This document shows positions 46,393 to 54,246 of a DNA stretch of 64,000 nucleotides, piece by piece (the stretch's first letter is position 1; each line of letters begins with the position of its first letter). The stretch spans positions 23,609 to 87,608 of the forward strand of contig JBDRBK010000070.1 of NCBI GenBank assembly GCA_043822705.1, given 5' to 3'. This DNA comes from Fidelibacterota bacterium. Lineage in GTDB: Bacteria > Fidelibacterota > Marinisomatia > Marinisomatales > TCS56. The notes beneath the pieces are model-generated. The model saw nothing but the letters and a program-made list of their open reading frames with translations, searched no databases and had not been told where the DNA came from. Both the position numbers and the translations under genes were made by a program.

Positions 46393-48249
46393 ATGATAAA
46401 TCGCAGATTTGATCGTGCAGAAAATTTTATTGCTGCATTTCTGGTACTATTTTTACTGCCCGGAATCAACCCGGTCGCTGCCGATGGGGTGGCCCGTGGC
46501 CGCAACGGGATGGTGGCGACGGCCCATCCGCTGGCAACGGCGACCGGGCTGGAGATGCTGCAAAACGGCGGTAATGCGATCGATGCGGCGGTAGCGGCGG
46601 CCTTTACCATCGGTGTCGTCGAACCGGACGGCTCGGGCCTGGGCGGTGGCGGCGGCATGGTGATCTATCTCAGCGATCAGCAGACGGCCATCTATATCAA
46701 TTACTATCACTGCACTTCCGAAAATATTGACAAGATCGAGTATGATTCGAAAACCGATCGCCACACCGTCAAATCGATCCTGGTACCCGGAACCGTCGCC
46801 GGTCTTGTGGCGGCACTGGAAAATTACGGCACACTGCCGCTGAAACAGGTACTCCAGCCGGCGATAAAATATGCGGCCGATGGTTTTCCCATCGATGGTA
46901 CCCTGGCCGGTATCCTGCTGGATAACGTCGAAATCGTAGCCAAAGATTCGGTCACTGCCGGCATCTTTCTTGATGACGGATTCCCGTTGATGGAAGGGGA
47001 CCTGCTGGTTCAAAACGATCTGGCCCGGACGCTGCGAATTATTGCCGAACAGGGACGTAAGGGATTTTATGAAGGTGAAGTTGCCCAAACTTTTGTGGAT
47101 CGGATCGGCGGTGCCGGCGGTGCCCTGACGTTGAACGACCTGAAGAATTTTGCACCAATCATTTCGGAACCGGTGGAAGGCAACTACCGCGGTTTTAAAA
47201 TCATATCGGCGGCCGCGCCGCATTCGGGAATTACTTTAATTGAATCGCTGAATATACTGGAAAACTATGATTTAGCCGCGATGGGCCATTTCAGTGGTTC
47301 AGGAAAGACGCTGCATGTCATGGCCGAAACCTTCCGCCGGACCTATGCCGACCGGTTCGCTTTTGTTGAAGATCCCGGTTTCAGTAATGTGCCGGCTGCG
47401 GCTCTGCTATCCAAGCAATACGCTTTCACCAGGTTCAGCGATATTAATATCGAAAAGGCACAACCGGAAAAATACCGTGCCACGACCGCCGGTGACGCAC
47501 GATCATTCGGAATCAGAGAGCGTCCCGGCTTGTTAAAAAAATTATTCCGGTTCCGGAAAATCGAAGTACCGGAAGACGAGATCAATTCGACCTATCTCCA
47601 GTTTTATAATCGGTCAGCGGGATGGCAGGTCCAGCCCGATAATCGGCAATTTGCATTTATTGAGCCACCCGGTTACCATAATTATGAAGAATTTGACGGT
47701 CATACCACCCATTTATCGGTTATCGATAAAGACGGCAACATGGTATCACTGACTCAGACATTGGGTACTTTTTTCGGGTCGAGTATCACCGTTTCCGGCG
47801 TCCTGTTCAACTGCGGCATGTCCAATTTTTCATTTCGTTCCACCATCAACAGTGTCGCACCCAACAAACGGCCCCGCAGCGCCATCGCGCCGACACTGGT
47901 GCTGAAGGACGACCGACCTTTCATGGTCGTCGGTACGCCCGGCGCCTCGCGGATCATTTCCACCATGGTCGAATTACTGGTTAATGGAATCGACTTTGGA
48001 ATGGATGCCGCGGAAATCAATCTGGCACCGCGTTTTTATTGTCAGAAGTTCGAAGATTATCTGCATATTGAAGGCGGGATCGAGCAAATTGTTATTGATG
48101 ATCTGCAGACCAGGGGTCATCAGGTAAAACTGTACGGGAATAATGATCTGTTCTTTGGTGGCGCTCAATTGATCACTGTCGATCCGACCGATGGCAGCTA
48201 TTGCGGCTCGGCCGATCCCCGGCGTGGTGGAGTGGCACAAGGCTACTGA
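46393..48249 (+). CDS. ggt: Gamma-glutamyltransferase, CapD-like
   Basis: GGNAIDAAVA, SGLGGGG, VPGTVAG, H-TTH autoprocessing site (Thr codon at 47704), GSADPRRGG; signal peptide. Confidence 0.9.
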   Translation: MINRRFDRAENFIAAFLVLFLLPGINPVAADGVARGRNGMVATAHPLATATGLEMLQNGGNAIDAAVAAAFTIGVVEPDGSGLGGGGGMVIYLSDQQTAIYINYYHCTSENIDKIEYDSKTDRHTVKSILVPGTVAGLVAALENYGTLPLKQVLQPAIKYAADGFPIDGTLAGILLDNVEIVAKDSVTAGIFLDDGFPLMEGDLLVQNDLARTLRIIAEQGRKGFYEGEVAQTFVDRIGGAGGALTLNDLKNFAPIISEPVEGNYRGFKIISAAAPHSGITLIESLNILENYDLAAMGHFSGSGKTLHVMAETFRRTYADRFAFVEDPGFSNVPAAALLSKQYAFTRFSDINIEKAQPEKYRATTAGDARSFGIRERPGLLKKLFRFRKIEVPEDEINSTYLQFYNRSAGWQVQPDNRQFAFIEPPGYHNYEEFDGHTTHLSVIDKDGNMVSLTQTLGTFFGSSITVSGVLFNCGMSNFSFRSTINSVAPNKRPRSAIAPTLVLKDDRPFMVVGTPGASRIISTMVELLVNGIDFGMDAAEINLAPRFYCQKFEDYLHIEGGIEQIVIDDLQTRGHQVKLYGNNDLFFGGAQLITVDPTDGSYCGSADPRRGGVAQGY

Positions 48250-48260
48250 CCTAACCGGCC

Positions 48261-49274
48261 TTGAATAATCCAGTTTCAACCGGCCGATGGCGACCGGCGA
48301 TTGCCGCTCTTATTTTTATTTTATCCCTGCCACCGGTACCAGCATTAGTCGGGGCCGATTTACCGGATAATTTGTATGAAAAACGGGAGGTGACCATCCT
48401 GATTACCGATTCGGGGCTGGGAGGAATTTCCGTAGCGGCCTATCTTGAAAAGGGCTTACGTGAGCGACCGGTTTTTCGGAAAGTACGACTGGTCTATGCG
48501 AGCGCTCTGCCATCGACCAGTATTTTATATAACAGCATGGAACGCCACAGTGAAAAAGTACGTGTGTTCGACAAAGCCTTGGATGGTTTTATCATAAATT
48601 ATCGGCCGGACGTGATTCTGATCGCCTGTAATACCTTATCGGTACTTTACCCGGAAACGGAATTTGCGTCGGCGGCTCCCATTCCGGTGATCAGTATAGT
48701 TGATTTTGGAGTGGAATTGATGGACCGGTTTTTAACGGAAACTGTCGGGGGGTCGGTGATAATTCTCGGCACGGAAACAACTATTGAGCAGGGCACTCAT
48801 CGTGATTTTCTGTTTCGTCTTGGTCACAGAGAACAGCTCATAGGCACCAAAGCCTGTCCCATGCTGGAGAGCGAAATTCAATCCGGCCCGGACAGTGACG
48901 TCGTCAGATCGATGATTGAGATGTTCGCCTGGGAATACACGGCGACAAATGCAGCCCGGGGCGATACTATCGGATTGGGTTTGTGCTGTACTCATTATCC
49001 GTATGCGGCCGACGCATTCCGGAACTCATTTTCCAGTGTTCTTGACCGACCGACAATAGTGCTCGATCCGAATCGTGCAATGGCGGAAGCGCTGATGACT
49101 GCCGGTGCGGTTCGTTTCAAGCACTGCCGGACTACCGTGGAGGTTGTGTCGCGGGCGGAGATTCCTATTCATGACCGGCAGGCGATAGCGGCGGCTGTTC
49201 GGCCGATATCAGTGGTTGTGTCCGAGCATTTGGTCGATTATAAATTGAATCCTGAATTATTTTCCTATCCCTGA
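48261..49274 (+). CDS. Glutamate/aspartate racemase with N-terminal signal-like segment
   Basis: DSGLGG, IACNT and CCTHYP MurI motifs; TTG start, hydrophobic leader. Confidence 0.85.
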   Translation: MNNPVSTGRWRPAIAALIFILSLPPVPALVGADLPDNLYEKREVTILITDSGLGGISVAAYLEKGLRERPVFRKVRLVYASALPSTSILYNSMERHSEKVRVFDKALDGFIINYRPDVILIACNTLSVLYPETEFASAAPIPVISIVDFGVELMDRFLTETVGGSVIILGTETTIEQGTHRDFLFRLGHREQLIGTKACPMLESEIQSGPDSDVVRSMIEMFAWEYTATNAARGDTIGLGLCCTHYPYAADAFRNSFSSVLDRPTIVLDPNRAMAEALMTAGAVRFKHCRTTVEVVSRAEIPIHDRQAIAAAVRPISVVVSEHLVDYKLNPELFSYP

Positions 49275-49320
49275 TAGATTTCATTGAGTTGCCGGTCACC
49301 GGATCCCGATGTTCCGTACG

Positions 49321-50682
49321 TCAATCGTGATCGATTGAATATTCCCGCAATTTGGAATACAGCAGGCGCCGGTTGATTCCCAGTTCGCGGGCAGCCTGAG
49401 CCTTGTTGCCCGCCGCCGAATTAAGTGCATCCTGAATCAGTTTTTTCTCCAGATAGGCGATTTTCTCTTTGAAATTTTCTCCCGGGACTTCTGTTGTTTC
49501 CGGAGTGGTTTTGGGTCCATGATCAAAATTGAGCAGACCTTTTACCGTTAGCAGATTACCGCGGGCCAGGACCAGTTGACTGCGAATCGCGTTCTCAAGC
49601 TCGCGGATATTGCCGGGCCAGGGATAGCGTTGCAGCGCATCGATAGTTTCCGGTGGAATTACAATATTTTTATCCGGGCTGTATTTCTTAACGAAATATT
49701 GCACCAGCAGCGGAATATCCTCGGGACGCTCCCTGAGTGGCGGTATACCGATCCGCACCACATTCAGGCGATAAAAAAGATCTTCACGGAGCCTTCCCGC
49801 CACAATTTCTTTTTCCGGATCACGATTGGAGGCGGAAATGATCCTGACATCGGAATGTAGTGTCTTCTCACCACCAACCCGCTCAAATGAGCCCGTTTCC
49901 AGCACGCGCAGCAGCTTGACCTGCAACGCCATGGGCATGGTGTTGATTTCATCCAGCAGCAGGGTTCCGCCATTGGCCAGTTCAAAACGGCCGAGAACCC
50001 GGGAATGGGCGCCGGTATAGGCACCTTTTTCGTGGCCGAATATTTCACTCTCCAGCAGGTTTTCCGGCAAGGCGCCACAATTGACCTTGATATACGCCTT
50101 GTCCTTGCGCAGTGAATGGCGCTGGATGGCGTCGGCAATGACCTCCTTGCCAGTTCCGCTTTCGCCATTGATCAGCACCGGTGCGTCGGTAGCGGCGACC
50201 CGGCCCACCAGTTTGAAGATTCCCTGCATCGCCTCACTGCGACCGATGATTTCGTTAGTTGCCGACCAGGGCGCCGCCGAAACTTCCGTGCGGAGCTGTT
50301 TGACCTCCCACAACAAATCGCCGTATTCCAACGCCCGGTCGACAGTTATCTGGAACTCCTCCAGTTCAAATGGTTTTTCCAGATAATCGTAGGCACCATT
50401 TTTCATGGCCCGGATCGCCCGTTCACTGGTGCCGTGAGCGGTAAAGATAATCACCGGCAGATCGGGATAAATCTGCTTGATCTGTTTGAGGGTGGTAAGA
50501 CCATCCATCACCGGCAGGTTGATATCCAGCAGCACCAGATTCGGTCGCTGATCACGGATCGCCTCTAACGCGGTTTGACCGTCCTCCGACTCCATGAATT
50601 TGAGTCCGCGGGAAGCCAGCGCATCGATAATATTTTTGCGCATGAATGATTCATCGTCGACAATATGAATTAATTTAGCCAT
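49321..50682 (-). CDS. Sigma-54-dependent response regulator (NtrC/AtoC family)
   Basis: REC domain; GESGTGKE, ESEIFGHEKGAYTGA, REDLFYRL, WPGNIREL; Fis HTH; ATG at 50682. Confidence 0.95.
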   Translation of the reverse strand: MAKLIHIVDDESFMRKNIIDALASRGLKFMESEDGQTALEAIRDQRPNLVLLDINLPVMDGLTTLKQIKQIYPDLPVIIFTAHGTSERAIRAMKNGAYDYLEKPFELEEFQITVDRALEYGDLLWEVKQLRTEVSAAPWSATNEIIGRSEAMQGIFKLVGRVAATDAPVLINGESGTGKEVIADAIQRHSLRKDKAYIKVNCGALPENLLESEIFGHEKGAYTGAHSRVLGRFELANGGTLLLDEINTMPMALQVKLLRVLETGSFERVGGEKTLHSDVRIISASNRDPEKEIVAGRLREDLFYRLNVVRIGIPPLRERPEDIPLLVQYFVKKYSPDKNIVIPPETIDALQRYPWPGNIRELENAIRSQLVLARGNLLTVKGLLNFDHGPKTTPETTEVPGENFKEKIAYLEKKLIQDALNSAAGNKAQAARELGINRRLLYSKLREYSIDHD

Positions 50683-52240
50683 TATCTGGATCGTGTTTTG
50701 AGTTGGGATTGTGCAGCGGGATCGATATTTCACAGATTACGCCACCGCCGGGTTTATTCCGGATTTCGATCGTGCCGTCATGAGCCTGGATAATTTCATA
50801 GGCGATCGAGAGCCCCAGTCCGACGCCCTGTTCTCTGGTAGTGTAAAACGGATCGAATATTTTCGGCAGCACCTCCGCGGTGATTCCCGGGCCTGAATCG
50901 ATTATGCTGATCCGAATTTTCTGGCCGTCGATAATGTTCTCGGTGGTAATGACTATCGGTCCGGATTCAGCCGCGGCCTGGATTGAATTGGATAAAACAT
51001 TGAGAAATACCTGCTTCAGCGCCTGCTGGTCGCCCAATACCAGATCGCTACCGTCAGTAAAACTGGTGTCAAATTCGATTCGCCCGTGGTGCGGTTTCAG
51101 CAGCTCGACCGTCTCTTGAAGTACGGCGTTGATTGATACCGGCATCAGGTTGGTATTGACCGGTTTGGAAAAAATCAGCAGACGATTGACCAGTTTCGTC
51201 AGGCGGTTGATCTCGGCGACTACCAGGTTCAGCGATTCGGGGGTAAAAATATCGGACCGGTCATTGGTCGGGCTGACATGCTCCAGTTGTTGTTGCCAGA
51301 GTTGAACCCGGGTTTTAATGATTGCCAGGGGAGTCTTGACCTCATGGGCGACACCGGCAATTAATTTGCCCAGGGATGCCAGTTTATCCTGCTGGTGCAG
51401 GTCACGTTCCATCCGCTGCAGATTGCGGTTTTCGCGATCAATCGTGTCGACCAGCTTATTGATCGAATCGGCGATAAAGCCATAGGTGCCGCCCTGGATT
51501 TTCAGCCGGTAGGACGGGTCGCGTTGGATATTTTCCAGCCCGACCCTGATGTTGCGTGTCCGGTTGCGCAGGACCATAAATACCAGACTGGCCAGCAGGA
51601 ATCCGATCAGCGAGACGGTGGCGATAATATTTAGCGACTCACGAAGCCGGTAGGCGGGGAGCTTTCGCTCGATATGGACTCTGGTCCAGACACCACCCAC
51701 CGTTCTGCCAGCGATGATTAACGGTCCGGTGGTGAGCGGAAAAACCGCCGGATCAAATTGATGCAGATCGACGACTATCTGCTGTTCATCGATTGATCTC
51801 AGAACCTGTGCCTTGATAATGGCGTAGGAACGCGGCGGTGGGCCGTATACCGGTTTCGGCGGCGGTAGCGTCGGGTAGGCATAACCCAGAAATTCATCGA
51901 ACTTACCCAGATAATAACCACCTTCCATACCTTCGATTTCACGCAGGATCGCAGCGGTTTTTTGCTGCAGGATGGAGTCCAGGCGGGCAAGGTATTTTCT
52001 GTCAGGCGGCAGGTCGTTAAGCAGGTGATCGATCAATTCCGGCGAGTTCAGAGTGTTGAAGTTGTGCTGTAACTGCCGCGCCACAATTTCGGTTAGAACT
52101 GAATTGGATGAAATTACATCGGCTCGCCAGCGCTGAAAAAAATCCACGACAAAGACGGTCAGGCTGCTGGTAAGTAAGATTATCAAGAATGTTAAAAGCA
52201 GAAGCCTTAACCGTGAACCGGGCATTTTCATCGTCGGCAT
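50675..52240 (-). CDS. Membrane sensor histidine kinase
   Basis: Two TMs around a periplasmic domain; AHEVKTPL H-box, N-box, DSGPG, FDPFYTT, GVGLGL. Confidence 0.95.
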   Translation of the reverse strand: MPTMKMPGSRLRLLLLTFLIILLTSSLTVFVVDFFQRWRADVISSNSVLTEIVARQLQHNFNTLNSPELIDHLLNDLPPDRKYLARLDSILQQKTAAILREIEGMEGGYYLGKFDEFLGYAYPTLPPPKPVYGPPPRSYAIIKAQVLRSIDEQQIVVDLHQFDPAVFPLTTGPLIIAGRTVGGVWTRVHIERKLPAYRLRESLNIIATVSLIGFLLASLVFMVLRNRTRNIRVGLENIQRDPSYRLKIQGGTYGFIADSINKLVDTIDRENRNLQRMERDLHQQDKLASLGKLIAGVAHEVKTPLAIIKTRVQLWQQQLEHVSPTNDRSDIFTPESLNLVVAEINRLTKLVNRLLIFSKPVNTNLMPVSINAVLQETVELLKPHHGRIEFDTSFTDGSDLVLGDQQALKQVFLNVLSNSIQAAAESGPIVITTENIIDGQKIRISIIDSGPGITAEVLPKIFDPFYTTREQGVGLGLSIAYEIIQAHDGTIEIRNKPGGGVICEISIPLHNPNSKHDPDNG

Positions 52241-52267
52241 AATTCCTGTAATGGATTAGTACATAAA

Positions 52268-52288
52268 TGTGTGCTGATTGCGAACACA
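52268..52288. promoter_or_regulatory. Putative enhancer (bEBP binding site) 2
   Basis: TGTGT-GCTGATTGCGA-ACACA; matches the core of site 1. Confidence 0.7.
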
Positions 52289-52386
52289 AATTAGTCGGAC
52301 AGGTGAAATAATCAAAGTGCTATTCCGGGTCCGTTTATCCTCGAAGAAATGTTCCTGGGCCCGGCAATATCGGCATTGACCGTTGA

Positions 52387-52402
52387 CGGTCTGATTTTTG
52401 CA
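52387..52402 (+). promoter_or_regulatory. Sigma-54 -24/-12 promoter
   Basis: CGGTCTGATTTTTGCA = GG-N10-GC with a TTGCA -12 box. Confidence 0.6.
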
Positions 52403-52503
52403 GTTATCATCAGATCAAGATCGAGATTTAGAGCTAGAACTAAATCACTGACGGCACGGTTCCGGTACGGAACGGCTGTCAATTCAAAAACAAGAGGAGA
52501 GAT

Positions 52504-54060
52504 ATGGGTATTAACAAAGTTAACAGGATATTTATGTTTATCGCGCTGTTTCTGATGGCAACCATCATTATGGCACAGACATCGCCGTCAGTGATCGTCA
52601 CTACCGATGAAGACCGTGCCATCAACTGGAATAACGGCACCAGTATTGCCAGAGCGTCTAATGGCGCCCTGATGGTGGTCTATGGTACGTCTGCCGATTC
52701 CCTGACATATGCCGTCACCTACGATTCCGATTTCGGTATCTGGAATACTCCCGAGGCTATTGGAAAAGGCAGCATCTTTGGTGTTCAGATTCAAACCAGT
52801 GCCAAGGTCGTAGCTGATGCTGACAATAATTTCCATGTGGTCTGGTCGGAAAATTATCAATTGCGGTATTCGAAATATGACGGATCGACCTGGACTACAC
52901 CGGTACATGTTCCCAATACGAGTGCGCCATGGGATACTATTCAGTGCGCAATGAATGCAATTGATATCGACAGCGAGGGAAATGTCTGGATCGTGTGGGC
53001 CACTGGTTATGAGAACGATGATCTCAATGAATGGATCTTCGCCAGCAAGAGCAGTGATGGTGTCACATGGAGTGGCCCGGATACTTTGTTCACCGATGTA
53101 ATGAGCGGTTCACTGCCGAATGTCACATACGGCACACCGTACATTGGCACTGGTCCCGACGGTAAAGTCGGTGTTACTTTGCGTGGGCCACAGATGGGTC
53201 CCAAAAACAAGTACACCGGAATTTTCCAGGAATACGACGGCAGCGCTTGGGGTACAACGGAATTGGTATCAGATTTTAATGAACCAGCTACCGGTGATAC
53301 TGTTGCCATTTATCAGGTTTCCGTAGATTATGACAGTTATGGCAATCGTCATTTTGCATTTTACACACACGAAGGTGATTTCTCTGATAAATCACTGGGA
53401 CAGATTTTTTACATCCAGAAATCAGCTGCCGGTAACTGGTCAACAGCGGTTCGCACCACCGCTTTCCCCGATGGTTCTTGCGATTATCCGGCTATAACAG
53501 TTGGCGAAAACGACGCTCTGTACATCGTTTTCTTTGCGAAGGATCCGGCTGGTATTCTGCGGATGTATGGTGTGGCCTCCGGCAACTCCGGGGTAACCTG
53601 GAGCGATACGCTGCGCCTAAGTGACAATACCGTCAGCCTGGATGCCCGCGGACCATCTATCAGCAAATATGTTTCTGCTACTGGTGCTGATGTTCTGTGG
53701 CTGCAAAAAACCAGTGATAGTGCGGTAGATGAGTTGTATTATGGTCTAATTCCGTTCGTGGAATATGTAACAGTGGATAATGCTGTCGCTATTCCCAAGT
53801 CCTATCGTTTATTGACTAATTATCCCAATCCCTTTAACCCCGAAACCAACATCAGGTTTAACGTTGTTAGCAACGGATTGGTCGAATTGGTGATTTACAA
53901 TGCTTTGGGCCAGCAGGTGGCGGAATTGATTAAGACGGAAATGGAAGCTGGAATCCACGAAATAAAATTCAATGCCAGTGATCTCCAATCAGGTGTGTAT
54001 TTCTATCGTTTGACAAACGGCGACGTTCGCATGACGAAGAAATTACTGTACCTGAAATAG
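52504..54060 (+). CDS. Secreted beta-propeller-like protein with T9SS type A CTD
   Basis: GAGGAG RBS; signal peptide; Asp-box-like SSDGVTW and SGNSGVTW; NYPNPFNPET...SGVYFYRL CTD. Confidence 0.8.
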   Translation: MGINKVNRIFMFIALFLMATIIMAQTSPSVIVTTDEDRAINWNNGTSIARASNGALMVVYGTSADSLTYAVTYDSDFGIWNTPEAIGKGSIFGVQIQTSAKVVADADNNFHVVWSENYQLRYSKYDGSTWTTPVHVPNTSAPWDTIQCAMNAIDIDSEGNVWIVWATGYENDDLNEWIFASKSSDGVTWSGPDTLFTDVMSGSLPNVTYGTPYIGTGPDGKVGVTLRGPQMGPKNKYTGIFQEYDGSAWGTTELVSDFNEPATGDTVAIYQVSVDYDSYGNRHFAFYTHEGDFSDKSLGQIFYIQKSAAGNWSTAVRTTAFPDGSCDYPAITVGENDALYIVFFAKDPAGILRMYGVASGNSGVTWSDTLRLSDNTVSLDARGPSISKYVSATGADVLWLQKTSDSAVDELYYGLIPFVEYVTVDNAVAIPKSYRLLTNYPNPFNPETNIRFNVVSNGLVELVIYNALGQQVAELIKTEMEAGIHEIKFNASDLQSGVYFYRLTNGDVRMTKKLLYLK

Positions 54061-54076
54061 CAATCGAACCGACCAA

Positions 54077-54111
54077 ACGGAGGGCGATTCAATCGCCCTC
54101 CGTCATTTTTT
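54077..54111 (+). terminator. Strong hairpin/terminator
   Basis: ACGGAGGGCGATT-C-AATCGCCCTCCGT followed by CATTTTTT. Confidence 0.7.
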
Positions 54112-54246
54112 CTTGATACCGCAAATCTGGTTAACGGCCAGATTTGCCATTAACGGTGATTCCCAGCACTACCAGTCGGGAATCAGAGACTGGAATGAGT
54201 AATTAAAACTGGTTGCGGACACGAAATATTATATGGGAGTATTGCC

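Noticed and set aside
52452..52466. CGGCACGGTTCCGGT as a sigma-54 promoter
   Set aside because: The -24 box is good but GT replaces the required GC at -12; 52387-52402 fits better.
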